A stretch of DNA of 64,000 nucleotides from Lingula anatina (lineage: Eukaryota > Animalia > Brachiopoda), in the NCBI GenBank assembly GCA_051362555.1, contig CM120646.1:5084001-5148000 (forward strand). Direction: 5' to 3'. The notes below the pieces were generated by a model, which saw nothing but the letters and a program-made list of their open reading frames with translations, did no database searches and had not been told where the DNA came from. The translations under genes were made by a program, and so were the position numbers. Shown in pieces: positions 1-13,417 of this stretch. How positions within the stretch are numbered: the first letter of the stretch is position 1; the number at the start of each line of letters is the position of its first letter.

Positions 1-609
1 ACATATATCAGTCAGTTGCAGTGTGTATTTGAGCAGAAAAGTTGATGACGTGGTCTCCTTGCCACCTCTATACAGAGCAGTGACATCGTTCTATGTAGGT
101 CTGCTGTAATCCAGAGAACCATGAAATAATTTTCCAGCTGATCAAGCAAGCTGCATGGTTGACGCGAGAGAGATGGACCAGATTTTTACGCCTCAGTGTT
201 CGCAATTTTGTGGTCTAGAGGACAGATATGATGAGGTATTCTACCAGAGTGCATATTAACTGTGCAGTTTTACAGAGTTTTAAATGTTTTGGATCTAATT
301 ACTATGTACAGCAAATGTTGTGTTACATATTTGTGGAAATAAAAGTACAGATTAATCTGAAAGTTACAAGGTTACAAATAACCTAGACAGATAATATATT
401 TGACAAATATCTTACAGTCAAGTAAAGGCGTACAAAAAAGTCTCAAATCCATGAAGCACTTGATCCACAGTATTTTATAAATGTTCACAGGCTTGTACAC
501 AAGCACTTAGAGATACTGAAAAGAAAATTTTCACTTATGGTAAAATTGCAGCATTTTAGTGTGTATCAAAGAACCATATGTCCCCAGATATCATATAAAT
601 GACCTCTAA

Positions 610-832
610 GAGTGCATTCCCAGAGATTTAGATCGATCCAATGGACCATCCGGATCGTCCTAACTCCCTGGGGGTTCACGCTAAATTGCAGTCAGTCGAG
701 AGCGCACAACAGTTGATTACCCCCTTACAGCTTTTAGTAGGCGGGACAGACGCTTAAGCCAGCTAAGCTGACAGTAATCTAGTAAGACTCCCCACAGGGA
801 TAGATCAATCTAAAATCTGAGGGAATGGGGTC
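610..832 (+). mobile_element. MITE family A copy 1 (PIF/Harbinger-Tourist-like), TAA target duplication
   Basis: Terminal inverted repeats cattcccagagatttagatcgatc / gatcaatctaaaatctgagggaatg; TAA on both flanks; shared interior with four other copies. Confidence 0.85.
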
Positions 833-1376
833 TAACAGACCATTCCCATAACCCTATACTGACTGGCATCTAATTTTTTCTGTCGGAAGATGGTCAAAAA
901 ATGAAGGATTGATCAACAAAGATAAATTAGAAGACTACCAGAAATATCTGCCCCTGTGACAGGTCTAGTAACTATATCATACGCTCTGCTACAGAACCCC
1001 AAAATTAAGATGACTAGATAAGAAATTGGTAAGTAATGTAGTATATACTTAAAACTTGCCGATAACTGACATAGTCCAAAAGGCATGCTTTTGCTTGTAT
1101 TTGAACATTTGAAAATGAAGAAGCTTAGCTGACAGATATCACAATGAACAGTCAGACACTTATTGCAAAATTAATCCAAACATTATTTTCTTGCAAAACT
1201 CAAGGAGTGGTAGGGTGGGGAAACATTTTCTCCTACTCACAAATCAATGTGTGGTCTATCCCCACATTTGGATTTGGCATTTAATAACAATTTTAATGAA
1301 ATGATTTTTTTCGAAATGTCATTTAGACCAACTGGCTGTTGACAGTCATGAAAAGTGCACTAAGTCGAGTGTCTTA

Positions 1377-1465
1377 GGCCTCATTCATTTAAGCTGATTG
1401 CACTCAGCAAGAGTTCCTGCAGAGTTGGATCTATGTAAACTGATGGAGTTTATGGGAATTGGGTC
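1377..1465. mobile_element. Short family-A-related mini-element, TTA flanks
   Basis: Ends ggcctcattc / gggaattgggtc resemble family A termini; the interior is shared in reverse with 31284-31390. Confidence 0.5.
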
Positions 1466-4000
1466 TTATTCACATAACACAAGAAAATCATACAATGTTT
1501 TATAGCAGGCCTTTGTGCCATACAAAATACAGACAATTTTCTTGAAAAACTTCATAAAATGGTATGGCAACCACCTTGGTTCTAAAGGTAAATACTAAAT
1601 TTGGTACACTTCAAACACACTTTCCTTTAAAGGGCTTCAACATCTAACTAACTTTGGAAGTATTAGAAGCTTTACAGGATCATAGGTCATTTTCAAATGC
1701 ATGCAGATGACTTTTAATTATTAAGCTACAAAATTTAACTAAAAGTGCATGGTGTAGTCTTTTCCCTTTGCAAACCCCTGTATGAATTGCCATAGGGTCA
1801 TTGGAAGCAAGTTGGGGAGACACTGTTAATACAGACAAGGTACAGGGTCTGTATTTTTCAATCTACTGTCTTTTATCCCTTCCAGTTTTGATTCCATGAG
1901 GACATATTAACCGAAGTTACATCCAACAATTAATATCACCCAGGGCATGAAATAGCCATTTCAGAACACAAGCTAGTAAATGCCAATTTAATGCCGTTAA
2001 TGTTAAGATGGTAAAAACTAATGCTCATCAAACTGAGAACGTGCTAACAACAACGTCAAGGCCTCAAATTACTGGGAAAATGACAAGCACGACTGCAACT
2101 TCAACAAGGCATTTCCTGAGAGAGACCAGCAATAATTTACGATGCCAGTGTGCCAAATTTCAATTTACGTTAACACGGAGGACACTGTCTAAACACACTA
2201 ATTAATGAGCAAGTACCGACTGTACTAGCCAAGAGTTTGAAGACGCCACAGTCAGTAACATAGTAAATTAGTAAAAGGACAGCATGCTGTTCACAGAGAC
2301 TCAAAGTAAAATATCCACATTTTTAAGGAGTATTTTGGAGTCACTGAGGCTCTTTCTCCGCTCACACACAACCGCGTATAGGCTTGTTTTCACAGAATGC
2401 ACACGCAGTCTTATATGTGGAGATAACAGTCACCGACTTACCGCACAAATTCATAAGCATAACTTCATCCGTTGTTTGGGGTACCTCAATATGCTAATGA
2501 GGTGGTTTATTTCCGGGACTGCAATCCCGCACTGCACCGCATTTCCTGTCACAGCTACCGCAATACCGCTTCAGACTCTGAGACTCAGTGCTCTTTTGAT
2601 CAGAACTTGGGGAAGTCCAAGAAAGACATTACACATTCTTTTTTTTTTAAACCAACGTTTACACCCTTTTGCAATTTAAGTATCGAAAAAATCTTTCAGG
2701 TCTCCTAAATTTATCCAATGTTATGGAGCAGTGATTATGGACTACAAAATGTAATCAGTTTGGTGTCTCATCCAAGCACATCAAACACAATATAGCATCT
2801 TTGCAGCGTGAAGAATTTGTGGCCTCGTTGTCATCAAACCGAAGCTATTAGCACCAGTTCATATTTATAAAACTGCTTTTCGTTGTCTATTGTCTTGTCC
2901 AGAGGTAGAAAACACGTTTTGTCTCTAGGAAATCTATATACTTGCAATTAATTGTAGGCTACATACTCTTAAAGGCAATTTTCTATGCTATAGGGGGTAT
3001 GGTATGTATAAGGTCTATGATAGGCCCCCATTCGATGAACAAATGCCTAGTGTTTAGAACTGTCGAGCTTCACACCTAGTATAACAATGGGCTGTATATT
3101 AAAAGATAAAATTAAAGTTAACTTAACTCGTGCTGGAAAATATTCGACGGGCATAAAAGCGAAAGGGCTGAAAGCGCAGTATATCCGTATGTTCTTAGTT
3201 AATGATCTTAATTAAATACTGGAACTAAAAAAAGTGAGTTTTTTTTTTCTTTTTTTACTCTGAATTTTATTATCATTTTTATAAGGAAGGTGTTTTTATT
3301 TATATGTCACTGGAGCAATTTAGTACATATCGACAGATAGGCCTATATGCAGACCTAATTTTTTACTTGATTATTCACAGAATGAATGAAAAAGAAACGA
3401 AAAACAGTGTCAGAAACACACTTCTCCCTGCAGTAAAATTTATTCCATAAAAACACTAGAATAATAAAAGAAAAAAGTAAATGCATACCAGATAAAAGAT
3501 AACCTAACATAAATACAATTAACTGATAATCCGTTGAAGAAATGGAACGTGCAGCGTCTCTGTATCTGTCTTCTCACAAATGCTCATTGAAATGGGATTT
3601 CTCTCAAAATCCAATCGAAATTTAAATTAAACATACGAAATTCGCTCTTGTTGTGATAACAGCGACAAGTTTATTTTCTATTTTATATACGTTTATTGTA
3701 CTATCAGCTTACACGACCTAATGCCGCGCATTGATAGTACAATATTCCGGTATAATCGGAAAGATTATCAGTGTGCTCGTAAAATATAATTTCTCCTGGA
3801 GTAACCCCGTCGCTACTGTTAAGGAGCCAATTATTAACGAAAGCGAGGTTTTCAGAGGTCTTGAAAAATACTGTTGCAGTGATCAAGTGGATGTTTTCAA
3901 AGATACTTTACGAGACTATCAGCGTTCCAGAAATACCGCGCCGTTGTCGTCATCCTTTTGTGCCCATTGATTAAGTATGATATCCGACCGAAGAATTCAT

Positions 4001-4090
4001 TTAGTCGGTTCTGGCCATCTTGATGTTTCTCTCTCCGGACCACAATCTGGAGACCATGGCGTCACTGAGAGGCCAGTCGTAAATCTGGAC
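4001..4090 (-). CDS. Pif-like gene last coding exon
   Basis: VQIYDWPLSDAMVSRLWSGERNIKMARTD-stop (TAA at 4003-4001); acceptor ttttcag. Confidence 0.9.
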   Translation of the reverse strand, partial: VQIYDWPLSDAMVSRLWSGERNIKMARTD

Positions 4091-7000
4091 CTGAAAATTG
4101 GTGCATATAGGCGGTTAGAAATACCCCAAAAAATCTGATCAAAATGTTAATATTTTTAAAAGTCGCGAGTTCTTAACATACGTTGATCTGAGAGAGCATT
4201 ATTTGATCTTGGCAGGCATCTTTAAAAAACGAAAGTAATAGTATCAAATTTGACGTTTTACAGAAGTTGAGCTATTACTATTGAAAGTTTCATAAAAGTG
4301 AAAATGAAGATAACGCTCGGTAACGTTTGGCCTTGTGAAGTCTTATTCTTTAACAGTCTTATTCTTCACTTTATATCCCAACATGTGCTGTACAATAATG
4401 CATTGAATTTATCTTAGAACTGAGGATATTTTACCTCATCGAGGAAGCCGATCAGGTTGGTGTTGCTGAAACCGAAGTTGGTCTCACAGTCCAAGTCTCT
4501 GCCCATGTAAAGTGGAGCAAGGGTAGCTGGGATAGCGCCTGGGGGAGACAAAATAATGATATGACGATTTTTATGAACTCAAACGTTTTTGATCCATTGG
4601 CCCAATGTTATAACGTGATTGGACAATCAACAACTACCATAATCTCTTGTGCGATAGCGAGAGTTCCACGCGGGTATGATATTTACTTAATCCCATGTGT
4701 GTAATGTTTAAATTGCAATTGAAGTGGACATTTTGTGATTTTAGAAGTTTTGAATATAAGCTTTATAAATCTGTGAATTGGTAAACATCAGTGTTTTGGA
4801 GCAGGCGAGGTAGCCGTACCGCGCACCACAAACAAATTAAGAGTTTTTTAAAAGCACGGACTTTTGTGTGGAACAAAGCGGTACCCACCAATTTTTGTAA
4901 CCCGACAGAGTTAGTATTTACCAACATGTTGATACCCTGCAGTGAATTTTTTTTTTTTTTGGTCATAATATAATATTATGGCGGGAATGCTTTCGCGGTA
5001 CTGCACAATGTACACGTGGAGCCACTAGTTCCACAAAACCACAGCTTGAAACCGCGTCATATGCACATGTATTGCAAGATGTGTAATTAAAAAGTATTTG
5101 TTGGATTTTGCAGAGAATGTAATCGTAATATATTCAATTCAACATTGATAACTAGCAATTGAAATCCACATACCAACGGCGATCTCGTCGAGGACGACCT
5201 TTCCGTTGAAGTGCAATTTCAGTCTAAGTCCATCATAGACCAAGACAACATGGTTGAAACCACTTCCGCCCTGAAAAAGAAACAAATGTTTACCACCTGT
5301 GTAGAGTTTTACATTCGGGTTTGTAATTAAAATCCACAGATTTAATTATAAATATCGCAAAACTTTAACACAGGTTGCTTAAAATAAGTATGGATAAACA
5401 AAAGAAATATCTGATATTTTAATAAACACCAATATTACAAAATGAATTCATGGCAAGCAACACCTAAGGTACTTGTCCGACGGGTGACAAACATGTTAGG
5501 CCCAGATATAAAGTCTGACTCACAGAGGCTCCAAGGTTCACAGTCTGGAGGGTGCCGTTGTTGTTGACCAGGACACGTCCACCGAACACGCCCCCTTCGG
5601 ACCACATGCTGATGGTTGGCTCGACGGCGCAGTTACCGTTGTTCAAAAGACCATCACGCACGTTCTTGGTATAGGCTTGGTTGTCGTACCAGAAAGAGAT
5701 GGTGAGGGCAGAGCCCCATGGGTAGTTGTTGAAACGTGGGACCTCGCAGTGGACGGTGCCGTTGAAGTGGGCGGAGTTGCCGACCTTTCCTGATGAAAGT
5801 TCCACACCAGCGCAGTCTGTCCAGAAGTTATCGACGGTGGTGTCGGTGTTCTCGTCGAATGGCCACAGGGCAATAGCCTGGAGATCTGTAAGAAATATCC
5901 TTTCCGTTTTTATGGGCTCATCAGATTAACCAACGTGGAAAAGATCGCAAAAGTTATAGAACGAAAATATTAGATACCACACAAAAAGAATCTATCAAAT
6001 AAAAGAAATTAAAAAAATTATCAAATTAAAGAATCTATCAAATAAAAGAAACAGAAAGCCCCCTTTTAATATCTTATTTTTTTAGCAAATATCTGACCCA
6101 ATTACGTCAGTCTAACTCCAACCTGGACCCTCCGTTTCGTTCTATCGGAACACATGGAGTCTTACCTGGAACCATGCACATGCATCTCTGAACGTTGAAC
6201 TCCCACTGTCCGCAGCTGACACGCTCGATTCTGGTGTCGTCACCAAGGGTCTGGGATCTGTAGAAGGTGTTGACATCACCCCAGACGGCCAAGTAGGTCC
6301 ATCCGTCAGGGCCGTCACATTTGCCGTCAAACTGGGGAAGGGTAGTGTAACCGATCGTGGTGGTTGGTGGGGGAGCTGAGAGAAAAGCAGGCGGTGACGT
6401 TAAACGTTATGTTTCAAAGTTTCGAAGACTTTAAGGATCAGATGTCCTTTATCTTAATTTTTTTCACGTTTTTATTAATTAATCAATTAAATTATCTATT
6501 TATTTATTTATTTATTCAAAAAATCTGATTCACATTTCTGGCACAATCGCTGATGCTCGCTTTCTTCAAAAGAGTACACCTACTTCTTGGTGGGCACTGT
6601 GGGTATGGAGCCTTGCTGCCTGGGCAAGTGGCGACCTCACAGGGGACACAAGTCACGATGGTGCCGTCGAAGAGGGTACCTTCGGCACAAGCCTTCACGG
6701 TGACCCTGGTGTTTAAGTTCTCGTCCAAGTCGCACTGAAGGTAGGTCTTGCAATCATCTGGGTTCTCGTAGTAGCCCACGCCGTTTCTCTCTTCGATGCA
6801 TTTCTTGCAGAAATCGAAGAATTTTGGGGCTGCAATGAAATGTTCTTCGTAATAATTATAATCGAAGATGTATATTCACCATTCGCCTAGTTTTGATTAT
6901 CCTTGTTAATAAGTGTTATTTTTCCTGCTGGCCCTTTATAAAAATAACTTCTTTACAAATTTACAACCCGTATATATCCATAACTGACAGAGACATCTTA

Positions 7001-7382
7001 GTACAGATTCATTTCTACTGTTTAGACTCAATTCTTTATTTCTTTGGCGAAGAAACCGGCTCCAGTCCGATAAGACACACCCTTTTAACATCGAATTCAA
7101 GCTGTCCATCAAACACACCACGTTCGAACCACGTGTTTACCACGTGGTAACCACATTATAACGTCACAGCAACATGGTAGCCACGTGATCCCATCGTGAA
7201 GTGTTTTCTGGGCATGGTTCTTCTCGTTTTCTCATACTCACGTCCCAATAGATAAATGTAATGCAATCAACGACACATTAATTCTCCGCGTTCACTCTTA
7301 AAGTCTGGTACTTACGGAGATGGTGCTCGTCGTATCTGGCGAGGGCACTGCCCACCAATGCGAGGATCAGGATGCTGTACAT
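4001..7382 (-). CDS. Secreted Pif/BMSP-like matrix protein: signal peptide + ChtBD2 (peritrophin-A) + Pro/Thr linker + degenerate ChtBD2 + laminin-G/concanavalin-A-like domain (~391 aa, 7 coding exons)
   Basis: Coding exons 7382-7316, 6829-6584, 6375-6166, 5885-5524, 5270-5174, 4538-4435 and 4090-4001 all have GT-AG ends and compatible phases (1,1,1,0,1,0), totalling 1176 nt. The start has a gccgccATG Kozak context and encodes signal peptide MYSILILALVGSALA. ChtBD2-like stretch GYYENPDDCKTYLQC...CAEGTLFD...C. LamG motifs LTISFWY, FNHVVLVYDG..LKLHFNG and GFLDEVQIYDWPLS. Confidence 0.9.
4435..4538 (-). CDS. Pif-like gene coding exon 6 (laminin-G)
   Basis: GAIPATLAPLYMGRDLDCETNFGFSNTNLIGFLDE; GT-AG, phase 1-0. 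Confidence 0.9.
5174..5270 (-). CDS. Pif-like gene coding exon 5 (laminin-G)
   Basis: GGSGFNHVVLVYDGLRLKLHFNGKVVLDEIAV; GT-AG, phase 0-1. Confidence 0.9.
5524..5885 (-). CDS. Pif-like gene coding exon 4 (laminin-G domain, N-terminal part)
   Basis: DLQAIALWPFDE...GKVGNSAHFNGT...LTISFWYD...; acceptor ttacag, donor GTGAGT. Confidence 0.9.
6166..6375 (-). CDS. Pif-like gene coding exon 3 (Pro/Thr linker + degenerate chitin-binding-like domain)
   Basis: TPPPTTTIGYTTLPQFDGKCDGPDGWTYLAVWGDVNTFYRSQ...SCGQWEFNVQRCMCMVP; phase 1-1 GT-AG. Confidence 0.85.
6584..6829 (-). CDS. Pif-like gene coding exon 2 (chitin-binding type-2 domain)
   Basis: PPKFFDFCKKCIEERNGVGYYENPDDCKTYLQCDLDENLNTRVTVKACAEGTLFDGTIVTCVPCEVATCP...; phase 1-1 GT-AG. 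Confidence 0.9.
7316..7382 (-). CDS. Pif-like gene coding exon 1 (signal peptide MYSILILALVGSALARYDEHHL)
   Basis: Acceptor tttcag at 7390, Kozak ATG at 7382, donor GTAAGT, phase 1. Confidence 0.85.
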
Positions 7383-7791
7383 GGCGGCTCTGAAAGCCGA
7401 GCAAATTTTTAAAAAACATTTTTGTCTGTAATCTTCAACTCAAAATTTGCATAGATCTAAAATACAGGTGGTTTTGCCATTCTTAAATGAAATAAACCCC
7501 GTTGGTTCAGTTGCATCTTCCTTTCCTCTAGATATCGGAATAAATGAATATTAGAAATTAATATACTGTGTAAATTATAGATTGTCTTTTGAAGACGTCC
7601 AAGTGTATTTTTCCAGTCATTTTTACACAGAAATTTTTTAACAAATTTTAATGAATTTATTCCTTGTGGAAAGAATCAACTTAACGTTATCATGTACATT
7701 GTACTATCTGCCGTACTGCTAAGTATTAATCACATTAAGCCGAGAACATGAGTGTTAATCACAGCAGAGACAAAGAAGACGCGGCACTCAC

Positions 7792-7866
7792 CTTCACAGG
7801 TTGTTGATCTGTCCCAGCTGTCAGCGAACACGATGCCAGGGCTATGGTTCCCTGGGTCCTTTTATA
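7792..7866 (-). promoter_or_regulatory. TATA box (TATAAAAG, 7866-7859) and short non-coding first exon of the Pif-like gene
   Basis: Minus-strand TATAAAAGG lies about 30 nt upstream of a candidate start near 7835, followed by a consensus AAG|GTGAGT donor at 7792/7791. The ATG exon begins with an acceptor, so an upstream exon is needed. Confidence 0.65.
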
Positions 7867-9869
7867 CGGCACCTCAAACAATACCTTCGTGCATTGTCCG
7901 ATACGAGATATATTTTACTTACAATGGGGTCTCTGATGGTCGTTAACCTTCGGCATGTGATTGAAAAGATAAAGATAAATTGCTGATGCTTTTTTCACCA
8001 TGCCTGTGTTTAGGTGGCCATTTCTTAAGAGATGTTCATCTGAAGTGTTGGACGGTGATTAGTTTGAACACGCCTTGAGTGTGGTGAAAAACCACCAGGC
8101 TATCATTGCTCAGAACAGAACAACAACTTATTTTTTTAAGGTTTGGAGATGGTTAAGTATGTGAAATCTTCGCTGCCATTGATTTAAGTGTGGGCACCTG
8201 ATCTGGCGGCCCCGAGCACGAGAGTCCGACCTTGGAAGGTCAGATATACAGACTCAAAAATGGTCTTTCGCCAACGCTTTCGTCACATCTATATTTTGAG
8301 GCTTTTTACAAAAAAAAATAATGCTTCTAAACTTCTTGTCTTTTAGCAAGAAAATTCTAGATAAGTGTCTGTACTCATGGACATAATAACGTTTTGTCCA
8401 TGCTGTACTAGACCCGCCCTAAGTCCATTATGTGTGCATGGACACTAACGTGTTATTAAGATATTTGAATAGTCCATTCAATATTAGACGAAATCCGCGT
8501 AAAATGGTTGTCTCCAATTTAGTGGAAACGCGTTGACGCGCCTGAAACACGGCATTACCTTTTTTTATAATATTTTTTCTAGGGGTTGTGGGTTTGACTT
8601 TTCCAAGACTGGCCTCCCCGGGTAAAGAAGGAAAACACTGTACTGCAGGCATCTCCTGCTGTTTCAATTCAAGAAAAAATGATGAGACAGAATCTTAGAT
8701 AATATCTCAGATCGCACTCAAAAAAGAATATGTGGACAATTCTTGTTAATACATAGATATCTCTGTGGTTAGACTGTTATACGTTTATTAAAGTAGTAAA
8801 AGTGGGGTACATCATTCTCAGTAAAAATTTTCTGACAAATTTGGAAGAAATGTTTATTTTTATTTTGTTCAAAATAATTTGTTCAACACTTAACCAGTTT
8901 GTTGTTGGAGACAAGACTGTGGTCCCAATGTAATTTTAACCGTACAATAAAAAAGATTAATGTCCATAATGGTATTATGTCTGTTTCAAGATATGAAGGA
9001 CAAATGGCAGTAATGGGGGCACGCCATCGCGACAAACTATTGCCATACTTGCTTCGTCGGGATTATTTTTTTAGATGAATTTCACTCATAAGGGTAGTTC
9101 AGTAGATTGGTAGGAATCTGCTTCTTCATGTATGGTTAGAGCTTCTCCACTTTTTAACTACGATAGTGGATTTCTTATTGTTGGGCGTGCCTCTCGCATA
9201 CATAATTTCCCCTCAAAACGATAGCAAAATGATAACGGACAAAATGTTTCATTGGTAATTCAATAAATTTGCCTTATTTGTTACAGAAATGCAGTGTATG
9301 GTACACTTGAACACGTTTTAGTTTAGCATCGAGACAGTCACGAAATCATGCCGTCAAATATCTTAATAACTGATCACGTAGACACTTTGTTATGAATGGA
9401 GGCCTTTATGACAACTGCTGGACCCTCGCATGAGCGAGTTACTTCGGGGAAAATTTTGGAGCCAGGGTATTATTAAAAAGTCGATGTAAACTTGTTGATA
9501 AACATGTGTATCTTAGCAATCACACCAGACCCCTATGAGTCATCGATGATATCTCAGGTTTTGTAATGTGTTTGTTTTATTTTTCTAGCCCGAAGTAATC
9601 GCAGCCAGAGAACGTAGTTATTATTCTGTAAATTATGATGTTGGTCATGTTACAGTCAACCCCTATACTCTCGTGCATGTGCTCCGAGGTTCTCTTTAAT
9701 CGTGGCACTGTTCTTAGAAATGGCGATTGTTTTCACAGTGTGTCCCGTTTTCAGAATTCACTTTCCCACATATAATAACGCGTTTACAAGCGCCAACTAT
9801 GTCATAGCGTGTTGCATGGTGGTCCAGATAGGCGCACTGCCATTTCCCATTAAGGAGTCGACACACTAA

Positions 9870-10110
9870 AGCCTAGGTCCCAACCGGCCTGCGACGTGTG
9901 GTCTACGGCCAAAAAAATTGGGGAAATGTGGGAGTTCGTGCGTGAGGAGCACGTCCTTCGTGCGAATTTTGGAGGACGCAAACAGCACGTAGAAACTTTT
10001 CGGCATGATCAACACCAATTACTTGCTTTCTTCCCTGCGATCTAGCTACGTCTTAGCCGGACGCAAGGAACCTAAAAACTGTGCGTCCAAAATGAGTTGA
10101 GACCTAGGCT
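9870..10110. mobile_element. Non-autonomous TIR element
   Basis: TIR agcctaggtcccaac / gttgagacctaggct with TAA-like flanks. Confidence 0.6.
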
Positions 10111-10310
10111 TAACACACCTGTGCAGCTTCCAGCACTACCGGAAGTAGGCATGCACACAAGCCGGAATCGGCTAACCGGGCATGCACGTGGAAAGGTGAA
10201 TTTGCATATTACATGATCAAATAAATGACGCTTGCCGATTGGTCGATAGGCTGTCAATTGCAGTCAATTATTTTGGTGAGTTGACATGAAGGTCAACTCA
10301 TTCTACCATC

Positions 10311-10484
10311 CCGGAGTAACAGGAATGGGAGTCCTAGGAATGGAAGTCCGGGCTCCCATATGATGAGTACAGGTTAGGGTTAGTTGGAGTAATGGGGTCA
10401 GTATGTGGAAACCATTTCACCTAGGTGCAAAATAATGGGAAGCGGACTACGATTCCTAGCGGACCTCCATTCCTGTTACACCGG
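10311..10484. mobile_element. Non-autonomous TIR element with ATC flanks; diverged relative near 26110-26240
   Basis: TIR ccggagtaacaggaatgg / ccattcctgttacaccgg; ATC on both sides; the interior tagggtta.ttggagta.tgggg.tagta recurs at ~26140-26175. Confidence 0.7.
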
Positions 10485-13210
10485 ATCTCCATGTCGGCTG
10501 CATGAGTTAGATATCCGTCATAAAGTTATATATGTGTCTTAATTATTTCCAATAATCGAAAAAATGCGTGACCATGTAACAAAGCAGTTATAGACTTAGA
10601 GTTTTGGTCACCTCTGGGCTAGCTTCTACTCTCAGCTGGGATAATTATTGTCAGTAATTGTATTGCCTACCATAACCATCACCAGTATGAAGTGCCTAGA
10701 AAATAAATGACTCAAATTGAAACAATGCTAACAAAGGTCCATTCGGGGCCCGACGGAGCTCGAATAATTTCCCACTGGAATCCAACGATGGTAAAGTCTG
10801 TTTTTAGGGCAAATTTCAAATAATCACCGTCACTACAAATAAACCCAACCAATATTTTTACGAAATCCTTGTATAATTACCGTTTTATTTTTGTATTCTG
10901 CTCAACGTCAGCAGAACGCGTGTCAATCTGTTAATCCGATTGGATTCAGCCAGAGTCCCCGAGTAAATTGGATATAATGAGGGCTGGACAAAATAAATAA
11001 ATAAATAAATAAATAAGAAATAAATAAACCAGCATGCCAAGGCTATCAGATACAAGTATACGTAACCTACTGTTTTTTTTACAAGACACAAAATTAAGTA
11101 AAAAATACAATCAGCGTCTGTCCTCTTTTGAGCAATGATTGGCCAACATACGGGATACAGTCTATGAGGGTTTTTAAACGAAATTCAATATTACCCTTCA
11201 GTTCGTGACGGCAATTTTCTCCTTTTAACAACAGGTAATACGTTTGTCGTTGTTTCGGCCAGGTCACTTATGCTTGTCAATATCTAGGTGATCTTGTTCC
11301 AGGAATCTATCACTGGCATTTGCCCTTTCTTCTCCCTTGGGAATATGAGCGCGGAAAGTTACTGGTAGCTCTTTTTTCCAATACAGTATAAGAGGTGAAT
11401 GGACCTACAATTTCTTAAGCTGCCCAGGTCCGCCTCTCTCTCGCTCTTTCTTTTTCAACCATTATCGAGTTAAGTTTTTGACCACTGAAAATTACATATC
11501 GCCAGAATCGTATTTATATACCGGTACACTACATGTATTTATCAGGTGGTCGGCTACTTGGCTAACGATCGCCTGGTTACTCCAAACGGCAATTTTCGTC
11601 TGAATTCAGAAACTATATCTTGTATTAACATGTTTTAACAAGAATCAAATTACACATAGTTCTTACAGCTGGCTTAATAAGTCTTTTATAAGTGCAGTGA
11701 TACACAAAATTAAAAATGCGAGGGATTACTTGAAGAAGGAAAACAGATGCTACTGTAGATAAGCCCACTCTCCACCAGAGGTCCTTCTGTACTGTAGCTG
11801 TCACAAAAGTAGAACCTGCTAGACATTCAAATGGAGATTGACGGTAGGTTATTTTACAGAGGAAGCCAGGTGACAGCCAGGTGACGGCAATCACTTAAGT
11901 GGAAAAACGTGCTTGGCTTATAGGTGTCCATTAACCACATTAAGACATCAATCTAACCATATATACCAGGTTTAAATTAAACCAAGAAAAAGTCTAAACG
12001 AGTCATCAGATTCATTTGGGTCCTTCTTGGAAAATCCGAATTTAAGACTACTTTTTGTTAGATGGGGTTAGTGAAGAGAACCGGGAGAATGTTATTGTTA
12101 AGTCATGAGAATCGAAAATCACGAGCTGAACTTTTGAGTATTTTTCAAATTGATGTGTAAACCAAAAGCTTTTTTAAAAAGCATTCTTGAACTTATAAAT
12201 TATATTTTTGGATAATTATACCTCAATGATGTGTTACCCGGACCACGAGATGAAAAGTGGATATCTGGAAAAGCTATGCATAAAGCCTATATTGTTCATT
12301 GGGGGTGAGATATGACATTGCCTATAATTAAAGAAATTAGTACGTACCAGTACTTGCATAGCTGAGGAATGCATATTATAATGGAAACTAAATGGAAGCA
12401 GAATAATTCTACTCTTTACAGAGAGTGTAAACGTATTTTATAAGTAAAAATGCTTCCCCATTGTTATGTTTATTGTGAATATAAAGACAAACTACTTTTT
12501 CAGTCTGTGTTACGAAACCATTGCATTGCGCCTATGAAAATGTGAAAATGATCACTCATCTATCTAGATGTACATATACATTTACATACTATTTGACAAT
12601 TAGTTTACTGTTGGGTGTTGAAACTATCCTATCTGATAGAAATGGTAGAACTAATAACAAAATCATTGTTATATCATTTTGAAAATAAACCTTTTTTAAA
12701 AGTACATATAGTACAAAAACGTGTATGAAATGTTGTACGTGTGAATAAGAGAGATATATACTGGTCCTGCGGCACAGCGGTCATGAATTGTGAACATATC
12801 ATTCATAATTTCATGAATTTTGTAAAAAAAAAAAATGGGAATTGGAAACCTTGAAATTAAAGTTTGTGGAACCTGCTTCCCCGAAATTATAACAAGTACA
12901 AATAATTTATCTAACATGTTAATAGAACATCATTTACTTTCCTTGTGGTACCATCAAATGTTCAAAGAGAGGTTTGATGTCCATCATGTAACTTTTACCA
13001 GATACATCGTTTTGCACTTTCAAAAATGTTGACATTTTTGCCAACGCCCAGAAAGTCTACCTCCTGAAGTCGTGTCTTCTTTTTACCTCAAATGCCACAC
13101 TTGTCTTTTAATACCAGCACAGTATGGCACTGCAGCTCCGCGGTTCATTTACTGAATTCGTAGAAACTTAAAACCAGGTGATGTCTGCTTGGAAACTGAT
13201 GCGAGAGAAA

Positions 13211-13417
13211 GGCTGCATTCACAACCGAAGTTGATCCGAGGACTAACAGATCCGCGGATCAAATATGGCCGACCCACGTGAATGCTTGCCGCGTAATCCC
13301 CGCCGGGAATCAATTCGGCGTCTGTTGGAGGATTATGCTCAAGCTTTCAAGTTGTTTTGCTATATTTGATCCTGGACTTTGTCAGTCCGCGGATCAACTT
13401 TTGTTGTGAATGCAGCC
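13211..13417. mobile_element. MITE family B copy 1 (fold-back)
   Basis: TIR ggctgcattcacaa / ttgtgaatgcagcc; long internal inverted symmetry. Confidence 0.8.

Noticed and set aside
2008-3970. Short ORFs at 2008-2708 and 3704-3970
   Set aside because: No recognisable motifs or consistent splice structure; 3704-3970 lies in the probable 3' UTR of the Pif-like gene.
10372-10384. Telomere-like GGTTAGGGTTAG
   Set aside because: Only two units, inside a TIR element; not an interstitial telomeric array.
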